Below are positions 1 through 9,124 of a stretch of 64,000 nucleotides of DNA, one piece after another (within the stretch, counting starts at the first letter, position 1; each line of letters opens with the position of its first letter). Position numbers and translations under genes: made by a program. Below the pieces are notes generated by a model, which worked only from the letters and a program-made list of their open reading frames with translations, did no database searches and was not told where the DNA came from. Source of the DNA: Candidatus Hydrogenedentota bacterium (GTDB taxonomy: Bacteria; Hydrogenedentota; Hydrogenedentia; Hydrogenedentales; JAEUWI01); the NCBI GenBank assembly GCA_034669905.1, contig JAXMOL010000019.1, positions 32,001 through 96,000 of the forward strand. Reading direction: 5' to 3'.

Positions 1-431
1 CCGGCCAGGGCCACCATGAGTACCTCGGCCCGCAGAAGGACCTCTTCGGTAATGGGTTTTTCGGCTTCAACCGGAAAGGTGGAGATGGCATCCACCTCAT
101 TGCGAACTTTCTCCTTGACGATGGCGGTATCGAAGCGTTCATCCACTTCGATGAGCACGCTCCCCACGCTTTCGCCCGAGGTCGAGGTATAGGTCTTGAT
201 CCCCTCAATGCCTTCAATCGCCTCTTCGATTTTTCGGCAGATACCTTCTTCCACATCTTCGGGATCAGCGCCGGGCCAGGGCACCGCCACCGAGATATAG
301 TCCAGGCTGAACTCCGGAAAGGTCTCCCGTACCATCTTCGACGACGCGATAAGGCCCACGACGAGAAAGAGGAGCAGCATGATATTGGCGAAAACCGTAT
401 TTCGCGTGAATGCCCTCAGAATCGCCCTCAT
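1..431 (-). CDS. RND efflux permease (AcrB/AcrD/AcrF family), N-terminal part; runs off the window
   Basis: Manual translation from ATG at 431: MRAILRAFTRNTVFANIMLLLFLVVGLIASSKMVRETFPEFSLDYISVAVPWPGADPEDVEEGICRKIEEAIEGIEGIK..., a typical RND N-terminus. ATGA overlap with the adaptor gene stop. Confidence 0.9.
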   Translation of the reverse strand, partial: MRAILRAFTRNTVFANIMLLLFLVVGLIASSKMVRETFPEFSLDYISVAVPWPGADPEDVEEGICRKIEEAIEGIEGIKTYTSTSGESVGSVLIEVDERFDTAIVKEKVRNEVDAISTFPVEAEKPITEEVLLRAEVLMVALA

Positions 432-1825
432 GATGCGTTCTCTGCATCATCCTCAAGGCGAACGAGGGTGTTGGGAAGGGGGTTGGCCAATCGGGTCGTG
501 ATCACCTGCTCACCGGGAGAGAGGCCACCGCGCACGAAGGTCTCCTGTCCCTGGCTGCGAACTACTTCGACCCCCTGGATGGCCAGTCGACCATCCCGTA
601 CCACGTACACGTTGCCCTCGTAGGTGACCGCCCAACGGGGAAGTCGGTAGACCTCTTTCATCGGCTTGCCCGGTATAGACACCTTGCAAAACATGCCCTC
701 TACGAGGGGAAGTCCGTCGATACTGCTCCGGGCCGCTTCACCGGAAACACGGACCGCAACACTGATGGTCCGGTTCTGCTGGTCAAAAGTCTCGATACGG
801 TGAACCTTGCCTTCCCAACGATGCTGTTCCGTATCCTCGGTCCAGGCCACTTCACAGGTAACGGGCTTCAGGTCTCCGAACCAACCAACGTTGCTGTCGG
901 CGTTCGACTCGAATTGCAGCCAGTCTTTGGCATCCCGACTATCCAGGGATACGGATATTTCCAGAATCTGGTCATCGGCCAGCGTCACAAGGGGCGCTGC
1001 GGGTGAAACATACTGCCCCTGCTCCACGTTGACCGCTTTGATGCGCGCGTTAAAGGGGGCCCGTATTTCGGTGCGCGCCAGATTGACCTTCGCAAGTTCA
1101 CGCTGGGCCTCGGCCCCATCCAGTGCACTGCGGGCCTCTTGTATCTGGACCGGATACAGCGCGAGGGCCTGTGCAAGCTGATCCCGGGCATCGGCGGCCT
1201 GGTTCAACTGCATCTCGACATGGTCAACAGCCGAACGGGTTCCCACATCGTCTTTTTCAAAGAGGTCCCGGGTACGCTCGAAATCGCTCTGCATCAAGGC
1301 TTCGTTACGTTCCAGGGTCTTCAGACGGGATTGATCAATGGCATACTGGCGCTGGAGACGTTCGATGCTCTGGGTGACTTGAGCGACCTGCGCTTCCGCC
1401 TGGGCCAACGCCGACTCATAGTCGCGTGGATCGATACGAAGCAGCAGCTCGCCTTCCTTGATGGCCTCCCCCATTTCAAGGCGGGGGTGTATCTCCACCA
1501 CCTTGCCCGAAATCTCCGGCGACACGGGCACCACGTTCAGTGCCCGCACTTCTCCGAGTCCGGTCATCATCACGGGGGCATCTTCCAACGCGACGACAGT
1601 GGCCGAAGCCGAAATAACCCGCTCCGATGTCTTGGCTTCCGCAGGCGGTTTCTTCAGCATGGACAGCCCCATGAAACCGCCGACGCCCACCGCCAATACC
1701 GCGATGACGGCCAATACGCGGGTCACCAGGCCCACCTCTCTGGCAGACCCGTTTTCCGGAGCACTGGCCGAGGGTTCCTCTTCCTCGGGCTCATTCACCG
1801 AATTGTCCGTGTTGCGCTGACTCAT
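428..1825 (-). CDS. RND efflux periplasmic adaptor (membrane fusion protein)
   Basis: N-terminal TM, lipoyl half-motifs (SPEISGKVVEI; TEIRAPFNARI), coiled-coil hairpin, C-terminal GLSPGEQVIT. Confidence 0.9.
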   Translation of the reverse strand: MSQRNTDNSVNEPEEEEPSASAPENGSAREVGLVTRVLAVIAVLAVGVGGFMGLSMLKKPPAEAKTSERVISASATVVALEDAPVMMTGLGEVRALNVVPVSPEISGKVVEIHPRLEMGEAIKEGELLLRIDPRDYESALAQAEAQVAQVTQSIERLQRQYAIDQSRLKTLERNEALMQSDFERTRDLFEKDDVGTRSAVDHVEMQLNQAADARDQLAQALALYPVQIQEARSALDGAEAQRELAKVNLARTEIRAPFNARIKAVNVEQGQYVSPAAPLVTLADDQILEISVSLDSRDAKDWLQFESNADSNVGWFGDLKPVTCEVAWTEDTEQHRWEGKVHRIETFDQQNRTISVAVRVSGEAARSSIDGLPLVEGMFCKVSIPGKPMKEVYRLPRWAVTYEGNVYVVRDGRLAIQGVEVVRSQGQETFVRGGLSPGEQVITTRLANPLPNTLVRLEDDAENAS

Positions 1826-2328
1826 GCGAGAGAATCCTTCGTAGAAATTGGGGGTGCGTCCGCAGAATCCTCTGCCTGAATGATTTCGCGCACCCGCGAA
1901 TACACATCACACCACTGGTCCGTATACTCGGGTCCAAGTTTGCTCAAAAGTTCGGTAATGTAACGGAGGATTTCTTCCTCCAACTGCTGAAACTGCAGAA
2001 AACCATTGTCCGATAAGCGAATACGCACTTCACGACGATCCGCCTCCGCCTGTTCTCGCGCAAGGAGTCCCATTTCGACCAGGCGGTCCACCATGGTCGA
2101 CGCCGAAGGCCTCGAAACATGAAGCACATCGGCCAATTCTTTCAAGGAGAGTTCCCCCCGCTCCTGAACGGCCATCACCACATTGCCCTGGGTAAAGGTC
2201 AAATCAGGACAGATCGCCCCGCCCGCCCGTTGCCGGGCGGCGAATTCGTGCCCCAACCTGTTCCGCAACATGCGCACGGTCTGATATAGTTGTCGCGCTT
2301 GGGTCATTGTGTTACAGGAATCGGTCAC
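1822..2328 (-). CDS. MarR family transcriptional regulator
   Basis: LTFTQ...LSLKELADVLHVSRPSASTMVDRLVEMGLLAR...DRREVRIRLS winged-helix signature; first gene of the efflux operon. Confidence 0.9.
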   Translation of the reverse strand: MTDSCNTMTQARQLYQTVRMLRNRLGHEFAARQRAGGAICPDLTFTQGNVVMAVQERGELSLKELADVLHVSRPSASTMVDRLVEMGLLAREQAEADRREVRIRLSDNGFLQFQQLEEEILRYITELLSKLGPEYTDQWCDVYSRVREIIQAEDSADAPPISTKDSLA

Positions 2329-2347
2329 GGCGTCCCCACAGGTCGGC

Positions 2348-2399
2348 TATAATTTACTTAGCATTCCTAATTATACGAGAAGCCCTTCAGAAAAACCAA
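2348..2399 (-). promoter_or_regulatory. sigma70-type promoter of the marR-RND operon with an overlapping palindromic (probable MarR) operator
   Basis: Minus strand TTGGTT-18-TATAAT (-10 at 2370-2375). Dyad TATAATT...AATTATA at 2348-2375 with inner TTAG-N5-CTAA. Confidence 0.55.
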
Positions 2400-2418
2400 C
2401 TTCAAAACCGCAACGCCA

Positions 2419-2446
2419 TTGATGGCATCTGATGACATAGTATAAT
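2419..2446 (+). promoter_or_regulatory. sigma70-type promoter for the GNAT gene
   Basis: TTGATG-16-TATAAT, 40 nt upstream of ATG 2486. Confidence 0.45.
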
Positions 2447-2485
2447 ACTGACCCGCCATGAAATGAAAGGGGCATATTGGCTTAA

Positions 2486-3418
2486 ATGAGCACTATACAC
2501 CGTATCCATGCTGCCCCCGAAAACCTGGCGGCTTTCATCCACGAGATCCTGCCCGCCTACGAGGGAATTTACGGCCCGGAAGCGGCCCGCCACTACCGCG
2601 AGCGGGCACCACAGGACGTGGCCCAAACTATTGCCCACCCGGCTATTCGCTGCTATGCCATCATGGAAGGCCGGCAGGCCGAGGCGTTGCTCTTCATTCG
2701 CCCGACACCCACCCGGTACCTGATCTCCTTTTTCCATGTACTTCTGGGAAGTCCGGCGGAAGCACGGTCCGGGGAATTACTCGCCTACGCCGTCAACGAT
2801 CTCGCGCAGGCCGGAAACCCGCTGATTGTCTCTGAATACCTGGCTTTTTCTCCCCTGGCGCTGGATGATACGTATGCGGCCCTGGGATTTCAGTGCATCG
2901 GCCGCAGCCTGCAACACAACACGCATCTCCCCTCCCCTACCGCTGGTCCTCCGGTCGCTTCGATTACCCCATGGGATGCATCCGGCATGGGCACCGTGGC
3001 CCGAATACTGGCCGACACCTATGCCGACCACCCGGAACAGATTCTCTTTGAAGAAACTTCCAGCGTGGAAGCGGCCCATCGTTTCCTGGTGCAGACTCGG
3101 GCGGGTGCCTTCGGGAGCTGTCTTTCAGCGTATCAATTGGGAGCCTGGCTGGACGGTACGTGCGTGGGCTTTGCCCTGGGCAGCGAAGTTGTGGCCGGAT
3201 TGGGCTTTGTGTTACATATGGCGGTTCTGCCTGCGTATCAGGGACAGGGTATTGGACGTCAACTACTCCATCACCTGACGGCAGCGTTTGCGCAACAAGG
3301 CCTGGGCCGCGTGGCCCTCGGTGTAACCAATTCGAACACAGCACGTTATCTTTATGAATCGGCTGGATTCGAGACCGTACAGCCTTTTCCGGTATATTAC
3401 CGCCTCCCCAAGACATAG
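2486..3418 (+). CDS. GNAT family N-acetyltransferase (probably tandem GNAT fold)
   Basis: C-terminal acetyl-CoA motif A (MAVLPAYQGQGIGRQLL) and motif B (NTARYLYESAGF). Confidence 0.85.
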   Translation: MSTIHRIHAAPENLAAFIHEILPAYEGIYGPEAARHYRERAPQDVAQTIAHPAIRCYAIMEGRQAEALLFIRPTPTRYLISFFHVLLGSPAEARSGELLAYAVNDLAQAGNPLIVSEYLAFSPLALDDTYAALGFQCIGRSLQHNTHLPSPTAGPPVASITPWDASGMGTVARILADTYADHPEQILFEETSSVEAAHRFLVQTRAGAFGSCLSAYQLGAWLDGTCVGFALGSEVVAGLGFVLHMAVLPAYQGQGIGRQLLHHLTAAFAQQGLGRVALGVTNSNTARYLYESAGFETVQPFPVYYRLPKT

Positions 3419-3466
3419 ACTCGGATTTCACCCTCGACATTCCATGCCGCTTTTGGAGCCATCTGT

Positions 3467-4462
3467 ATGATAAAGAAACTCGCCATTGCCGCCGCCGTAT
3501 TGGCCCTCATTGCCGCGATTGCCGCGGGCATCGCCCTGAATCAATTGAATGGCTCCTACGGTATCTTTACGTCGGAGACCGTGCACCACGACACCCTGGC
3601 CCTTCCCGATACGCGCCTGCGGGTTTCCATCGACACCTTGCAGCTCGGTGCCGACATGGTGCCTTACCTCCCGGAAAACCCACCCTTGCCCGGCTGGCTC
3701 CCCTGGGATCTACCGAGCCTGCTTCCAAAGGTACTCCCAAGAGAAGTCGCGGTGTTGGGGGGCTCTGATTTCGCAGATGGCGCCTACAATCTCGTTGTCT
3801 TTGTCAATGAGCAACGGGGTGGTCCGGCCCTGCCGGAATACCTGAACAACCAATACCAATTTCAGAAGCAATTCCCGGCGGTGACCTGGGCCCCCGAGGG
3901 ATTCCAACTGGAACGCCGGGGCGTGCTCTCCGCCCAGGGGCATATTCCCCTTCCCCTGGATTTGGAAGATACCATTCTGCAGACGTGGTCCCTCGATTTG
4001 CCGGAAACCCCACTCACCCTGTTTGGGGGGCACATGGCGGAAGCCGTGGTCGACAATCGGAACGGTGAGATCATTACCCTCATCGCCGCCCTTGCCCCCG
4101 TGTGGAATTCCTCGCTGGAGCAAATGAAGCAAAATCCCCAGTTGGATGCCCTCTTAACCCTGCTGCTCGACGTTACCGACATTCGCCTGGCCATCGATTT
4201 CAAATCAACTGATATCCTGCTTCTCCAGTTTCGGATCCACGCGGCCCAGTCGGTGGGCGGTCAGTTGGAGTTCTTCATTCCGTTGGCCATCCCCATGCTC
4301 TCCCAACAATTGCAGCTACAGTATGGCCTTACCCTGGAGAGTGAAAACGAGTGGAATCCGAACGACGAGGTCTACACCGCTGATCTCTCGATCATTGGCG
4401 TCGAAGAAAAGCTGAAGGAGTACTTCAAGACGGTGGTTCCCGCTGCACCCGCCCCGCAATAG
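3467..4462 (+). CDS. hypothetical exported or membrane-anchored protein
   Basis: 331-aa ORF with GGAG RBS and N-terminal hydrophobic segment (MIKKLAIAAAVLALIAAIAAGIAL); no recognisable family. Confidence 0.75.
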   Translation: MIKKLAIAAAVLALIAAIAAGIALNQLNGSYGIFTSETVHHDTLALPDTRLRVSIDTLQLGADMVPYLPENPPLPGWLPWDLPSLLPKVLPREVAVLGGSDFADGAYNLVVFVNEQRGGPALPEYLNNQYQFQKQFPAVTWAPEGFQLERRGVLSAQGHIPLPLDLEDTILQTWSLDLPETPLTLFGGHMAEAVVDNRNGEIITLIAALAPVWNSSLEQMKQNPQLDALLTLLLDVTDIRLAIDFKSTDILLLQFRIHAAQSVGGQLEFFIPLAIPMLSQQLQLQYGLTLESENEWNPNDEVYTADLSIIGVEEKLKEYFKTVVPAAPAPQ

Positions 4463-4473
4463 GGATGGCGCCC

Positions 4474-5073
4474 TTAGAGGAGGGTCCGCCCTTCCATGGC
4501 GTGAGAAAGGGTGGCGTCGTCGGCAAATTCGAGGCCGCCTCCCATGGGCACACCGTGCGCGATGCGGGTCACCTTGACGTCGCGCTGGCCGAGTTGGCGG
4601 GCGAGGTAGAGGGCGGTGGCTTCGCCTTCGGCCGTGGCGTTGGTCGCCACTATGACCTCGTTGACCTGCCCCGAATCCAGCCGGTCATAGAGCCGATCCA
4701 GACAAAGTTCGGCGGGACCAACACCATCGAGGGGGTTAAGCACACCGTGGAGCACGTGATAGCGCCCGCGAAACATGCCCCCTTTTTCGATGGCCATGGC
4801 CCCCACGGGCTGCTCCACCACACAAATAAGGGACCCATCGCGGCGTTCACTGCTGCAGATAGTGCAGGGGTTCACTTCGGTCAGATTGCGACACTCCGAG
4901 CACATGGAAATACGGGCCCGGGCCGTAACCACGGCCTCGCTGAGCAGCCGTGCTTCTTCTTCTGGCGCACTGAGCAAGTGGAGGGCCATGCGTTCGGCCG
5001 AACGCTTTCCCACCCCGGGGAGCCGACGAAAGGCATCCACCAATCGTTCTACGGCTGGGGAGTCAAGCAGCAT
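4474..5073 (-). CDS. recR: recombination mediator RecR
   Basis: LPGVGKRSAERMA HhH, C4 zinc finger (CSEC...CTIC), TOPRIM (YHVLHGVL, EGEATA, RIAHGVPMGG). Confidence 0.97.
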   Translation of the reverse strand: MLLDSPAVERLVDAFRRLPGVGKRSAERMALHLLSAPEEEARLLSEAVVTARARISMCSECRNLTEVNPCTICSSERRDGSLICVVEQPVGAMAIEKGGMFRGRYHVLHGVLNPLDGVGPAELCLDRLYDRLDSGQVNEVIVATNATAEGEATALYLARQLGQRDVKVTRIAHGVPMGGGLEFADDATLSHAMEGRTLL

Positions 5074-5079
5074 GACGGA

Positions 5080-5601
5080 TCAGCCTGCGGACTCGGTAGC
5101 ATTCGCCAGTTCGGCGCGCACCGTTTCCCACTCCTGCAAGACGGTCTGGCGGGAAATAATATCGAGGCGGTCCGGAAATAGAACGCCTTCGAGGTGATCG
5201 TATTCATGCTGAATGATGCGCGCCACGAAATCGTGGGCTTCAAAATGAAGGGGGGCACCGGTCTCATCCAGGGCTTTCACCTCGATACGGGTGGCACGGG
5301 GCACGCGGTCGGAATAGACGCGGGGCATGCTGAGGCACCCCTCCTCCCCTTCCTGGCGCCCTTCCATGGCGACAATCTCAGGATTGACCAGGCACAGGGG
5401 CTCCCCTTCGGGGGCCTGCATGACAAAGATGCGCTTGGCGAGACCCACCTGGGGTCCTGCAAGGCCGACGCCGTCATGGGCGTGCATGGTCTCAATCATA
5501 TCCTGCGCCAACTGGACAACCTCGGGACCGACGGTTTCGAAGGCTTCGGCCTTCCGGGTCAAGGGGTCATCGGGATACAGCACTACATTTAGAACAGACA
5601 T
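5080..5601 (-). CDS. def: peptide deformylase
   Basis: Motifs GVGLAGPQVG, EGCLS and QHEYDHLEG. Confidence 0.97.
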   Translation of the reverse strand: MSVLNVVLYPDDPLTRKAEAFETVGPEVVQLAQDMIETMHAHDGVGLAGPQVGLAKRIFVMQAPEGEPLCLVNPEIVAMEGRQEGEEGCLSMPRVYSDRVPRATRIEVKALDETGAPLHFEAHDFVARIIQHEYDHLEGVLFPDRLDIISRQTVLQEWETVRAELANATESAG

Positions 5602-5622
5602 TCTGCAACTCTCCTGAATGGA

Positions 5623-5652
5623 ATTCTAGCATATGCCCCCAGGCGGGGCCAA
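5623..5652 (-). promoter_or_regulatory. putative promoter for def-recR
   Basis: Minus strand TTGGCC-18-TAGAAT with extended -10 (TGCTAGAAT). Confidence 0.4.
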
Positions 5653-5669
5653 GAGTGGGCCGTGAGACC

Positions 5670-7076
5670 CTAGTCGCGAATCGTCTTCGTCAGTTGCTCC
5701 ACCATCTGGCGAGAGGTGGGAGACTCTTTGACTTCTTTGCTGACCTTATCGCAGGCATACAAGACCGTGGTGTGGTCTTTTCCGCCGAACGCATCGCCCA
5801 CGTCACTGAGAGAAAGGCTTGGTATGAGCTCCTTGCAGAGATACATAGCCAACTGCCGGGGCTTCACGATCTGACGCTGGCGACTGCGGCCGTGCAGGTC
5901 GGAAATTCGCACGTCAAAATGATCGGCCACCGCGCGCTGCACCTGCTCGATCGTTACAGGGCGAATCTTTTCCGAGCCAATGAGATCACGAAGTACCTCT
6001 TCCACGAGAGATATCGTAATCTTCTCCTCGGTGAGACGGCTATAGGCGAGCACAGTTATCAACGCACCTTCGAGCTCACGAATGTTGGTCGTGATATAGG
6101 TCGCAATGTAACGCATGACATCGTCGGGAACCGTCAGGTTTTCATCTTGCGCTTTACGCTGCAGAATGGCCACCCGGGTTTCCAGATCGGGCGGTTGAAT
6201 GTCGGTCACCAGACCCCATTCAAAGCGGGAGATAAGCCGCTCTTCGATACCCCGGATTTCTTTGGGGCTCCGATCACTGGAAAGAACAATCTGCTTATGC
6301 ATATCAAAGAGCACATTGAAGGTATGGAAGAATTCTTCCTGGGTCGCTTCCTTCCCGGCGATAAACTGAATATCGTCGATAAGCAGGACATCTACCTTAC
6401 GATAACGGGTCCGAAACTTCTGCGTAGACTTTTCCGCGATGCTCTGAATCAACTGATTGGTGAAATGCTCGGACGAAATAAACACGCACCGCAATTCAGG
6501 GCGTTGGGACAGGAGGTACTGTCCAATACCCTGCATCAGGTGGGTTTTGCCCAGCCCGGTTCCGCCATAGAGGAAGAGGGGATTGTAGGCCCGGCCGGGA
6601 GATTCGGCCACGGCCCGCGCGGCCGCGTGGGCAAAGCGATTGCCAGAGCCTATCACGAAGCGGTCAAAGGTATAGCGGGGATTAAATCCGTTAAAGGTAC
6701 GGCGATTACTGCTGGAAGACTTTGAGTTCGCAGGTGCCGATGCACGTGTCGCGGACGGTGCGGGCCCCATGGGCAGGGAGGCAGCGGAAGGCACCCGGCT
6801 GTCTTTCGACTCGGCCACCGGTTCGGGACGGGGTATAAATCGGACCGACTCAAAATCAGGCATCACTTTTCGCAGCGAATCACAAACGGCATCCATGTAG
6901 TGATCCCGCAACCAGTCTGCAAAAAACTGGCTGGGAACACCGACCGTCAGTTTTCCGTTGGCGCAAGACTCGAAGCGTGTCTGAGAAAACCAATTCTTGT
7001 AGCTATACTCATCCAGTGCGGTCTGCAGGTGAACCTGCGCTTGCTGCCAAGGGTTTGATTTGCTTGCTGAAGCCAT
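5670..7076 (-). CDS. dnaA: chromosomal replication initiator DnaA (start moved to ATG 7076)
   Basis: YTFDRFVIG, YNPLFLYGGTGLGKTHL, LLIDDIQF, RELEGAL, GGKDHTTVLYAC. AGGAG RBS precedes ATG 7076 (MASASKSNPW). Confidence 0.98.
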   Translation of the reverse strand: MASASKSNPWQQAQVHLQTALDEYSYKNWFSQTRFESCANGKLTVGVPSQFFADWLRDHYMDAVCDSLRKVMPDFESVRFIPRPEPVAESKDSRVPSAASLPMGPAPSATRASAPANSKSSSSNRRTFNGFNPRYTFDRFVIGSGNRFAHAAARAVAESPGRAYNPLFLYGGTGLGKTHLMQGIGQYLLSQRPELRCVFISSEHFTNQLIQSIAEKSTQKFRTRYRKVDVLLIDDIQFIAGKEATQEEFFHTFNVLFDMHKQIVLSSDRSPKEIRGIEERLISRFEWGLVTDIQPPDLETRVAILQRKAQDENLTVPDDVMRYIATYITTNIRELEGALITVLAYSRLTEEKITISLVEEVLRDLIGSEKIRPVTIEQVQRAVADHFDVRISDLHGRSRQRQIVKPRQLAMYLCKELIPSLSLSDVGDAFGGKDHTTVLYACDKVSKEVKESPTSRQMVEQLTKTIRD

Positions 7077-7250
7077 CGTTTCTCCTGTCCAACCACAAAA
7101 ATTAGCCCGCTCTTCGTCACCCGACCACAAGAAGAACGAATCACCACCAAATTCTGACCACGCGACGGCGTCCCGTATTGCCCGTACAATACGTCGCCAA
7201 CCACCCCATACAGGCCGGTCGAACGCGTCCCACAAACGCACCAACCAGAG

Positions 7251-7335
7251 AAACCCACAGGTTATCCACAGGTTACTTACAAGTTATCCACAGCTTCATT
7301 TTACCCTTTAAAAACAAGGGTTTTATTACAAAACT
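7251..7335. other. oriC: probable replication origin (oriC): DnaA-box cluster plus AT-rich tract
   Basis: Perfect TTATCCACA at 7262-7270 and 7284-7292, degenerate boxes at 7251-7259 and 7273-7281, then an AT-rich segment; lies directly upstream of dnaA. Confidence 0.7.
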
Positions 7336-7781
7336 GAGCTTGAGTTTGCACCATCTTCGGGACCCATGTCAAGCCCCTTCTTAAGTATATTGTCTGCACC
7401 GGGTTTGATACGTTGCCAGTAGGCTTCGAGCTCATCTTCCGTGCAACTTTTGACGCTTTTTCCGTCTTTTTCGAGGGCATTCTTAAGATGGAAAAAGCGA
7501 TTTTCAAAACGCTGTGTCGCCTCGCGCAACGCCGCGCGGGGATCGGCATCCAGAAAGCGGGCCAAGTTGACCGCTATCAATAACAAGTCGCCTAACTCCC
7601 GGCGCGCATGGGGGGCATCACCCGCGGCCAGGGCCTCACGTATTTCGCCTAACTCCTCCGCCACCTTCGCCAGCACCCCGTCGATATGCTGCCAATCAAA
7701 TCCTTCCCGGGAAGCGGCGGACTGAACACGGAGCGAGTAAGAAAGACTGTCTTCTACGCGCTTGTTCGTGTCACGATCCAT
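7326..7781 (-). CDS. single-domain MazG-like nucleoside triphosphate pyrophosphohydrolase
   Basis: GFDW...KVAEELGEI...ELGDLL...NLARFL...RFENRF...W matches the C-terminal domain of MazG. Confidence 0.85.
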   Translation of the reverse strand: MDRDTNKRVEDSLSYSLRVQSAASREGFDWQHIDGVLAKVAEELGEIREALAAGDAPHARRELGDLLLIAVNLARFLDADPRAALREATQRFENRFFHLKNALEKDGKSVKSCTEDELEAYWQRIKPGADNILKKGLDMGPEDGANSSSVL

Positions 7782-7913
7782 GCCATTTTCCCGTCAAACA
7801 GATGCAACTCACCCGTCATGTAGTTGGAATCGAATTAAGGCCGACAAGGGCTACTACACTCCGGTCCCGCCCTCCCGTTGGAACCAAAATGTCTCCTCAA
7901 GAGCAAGAAATGC

Positions 7914-7942
7914 AGTATAGCATCGCCCCGAAGACAAAGCAA
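7914..7942 (-). promoter_or_regulatory. sigma70-type promoter upstream of the mazG-like gene
   Basis: Minus strand TTGCTT-17-TATACT with extended -10 TG. Confidence 0.55.
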
Positions 7943-8035
7943 GGAGAAATCCGATCACGTAGTAAATACGGGGCGATCGGGCGCGAAAACCTATTTTAAT
8001 CTCCACAAACCGCCGTGTCTTGCCCGGAGCTGGCA

Positions 8036-8065
8036 TTGCGACGGGTCTGCACTCTTTCGTATGAT
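8036..8065 (+). promoter_or_regulatory. sigma70-type promoter for pdxA
   Basis: TTGCGA-18-TATGAT. Confidence 0.45.
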
Positions 8066-8134
8066 ACGACTTCGCAGTAACGGCAGCCACTATTGGCACC
8101 TGACCCTTCCCCAACCTGACTGGAACTCACTACC

Positions 8135-9124
8135 ATGGACCTTCCCCGCCTGGCAATTACCATGGGGGATGTAAACGGCATCGGCCCGGAGCTGGTGACG
8201 AAGTTTTTCGCCCATCACAAGCCCGACGCGTGGTGTCGACCGATCATCTTCGGATGTACAAGCGCCTTGGAATCGGTGCGCCATGTGGTCGCCAGCCCGC
8301 CCCACTTTGTGGCTGTGGATTCGGTGGAGGAAGGCCTGACCGTGCGCGATGGCATCCCCGTCTATAATGCAGGCCACCCCGCCCCACCTGTTGAGTTCGG
8401 CGTGGAGAATCCGGAAGCAGGACGTGCGGCGATCATCTGGATTGAAGCCGCGACCCGTGCCTGCATTGCGCGATCCCTCGATGGGCTCGTCACCTGTCCA
8501 ATCAGTAAGGCCTGCATTTACAAGGCAGGCTACCATTATATCGGTCACACCGAGTTGGTCGCCGAGCTCACGGGCACGTCGGAATATCGCATGTGCCTGT
8601 TCACCGACACCATGCGGATTGTGCACATCACAGGCCACCTTTCCCTTTCCGACGCGCTGGCTGCGGTTAAAAAAGACCGCATCGTCGCGTCCGTTCAAAT
8701 CGGATACGCGGCCCTGAAGAAGCTGGGCCTTCCCTCGCCCCGTATCGCAGTGGCCGGCCTGAATCCCCACGCGGGCGAAGAAGGCGCATTTGGACAAGAA
8801 GAAATTGAAGAAATCCGTCCGGCCGTCGAGGCATGTCAGGCCCTGGGTATCCCTTGTGACGGCCCCTTCCCACCCGACACGGTCTTTCGCAAGATGCAGG
8901 CAGGCCAGTACCAGATGGTAATCGCCATGTACCATGATCAGGGACACATTCCGCTTAAGTTGATGGCCATGGACGAAGGGGTAAATGTGACACTTGGAAT
9001 CCCCATTGTACGGACCTCGGTGGATCACGGCACGGCGTTTGATATCGCGGGAAAAGGTGAAGCCAGTGAGCAAAGTCTTATCGCTGCGACCCGTCTCGCG
9101 GCCCAACTGGGACAATCGACATGA
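8135..9124 (+). CDS. pdxA: 4-hydroxythreonine-4-phosphate dehydrogenase (PdxA family)
   Basis: ITMGDVNGIGPE, GHTE, LNPHAGE, MYHDQG, RTSVDHGTAFDIAGKG. Confidence 0.95.
   Translation: MDLPRLAITMGDVNGIGPELVTKFFAHHKPDAWCRPIIFGCTSALESVRHVVASPPHFVAVDSVEEGLTVRDGIPVYNAGHPAPPVEFGVENPEAGRAAIIWIEAATRACIARSLDGLVTCPISKACIYKAGYHYIGHTELVAELTGTSEYRMCLFTDTMRIVHITGHLSLSDALAAVKKDRIVASVQIGYAALKKLGLPSPRIAVAGLNPHAGEEGAFGQEEIEEIRPAVEACQALGIPCDGPFPPDTVFRKMQAGQYQMVIAMYHDQGHIPLKLMAMDEGVNVTLGIPIVRTSVDHGTAFDIAGKGEASEQSLIAATRLAAQLGQST

Noticed and set aside
5655..6725. Long antisense ORFs (e.g. 5655-6725, 8090-9115, 40720-41967, 52935-54329, 56318-57772, 60117-61370)
   Set aside because: They are shadow frames opposite well-supported genes, expected with GC-rich codon usage, and show no recognisable motifs.
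7077..7244. 56-aa N-terminal extension of DnaA in the ORF track (similar extensions on moxR, the 14750 hydrolase, ybaB, rsmB and rnhA)
   Set aside because: Internal starts have better RBS or gene coupling and match family N-termini; the extensions are longest-ORF artefacts.
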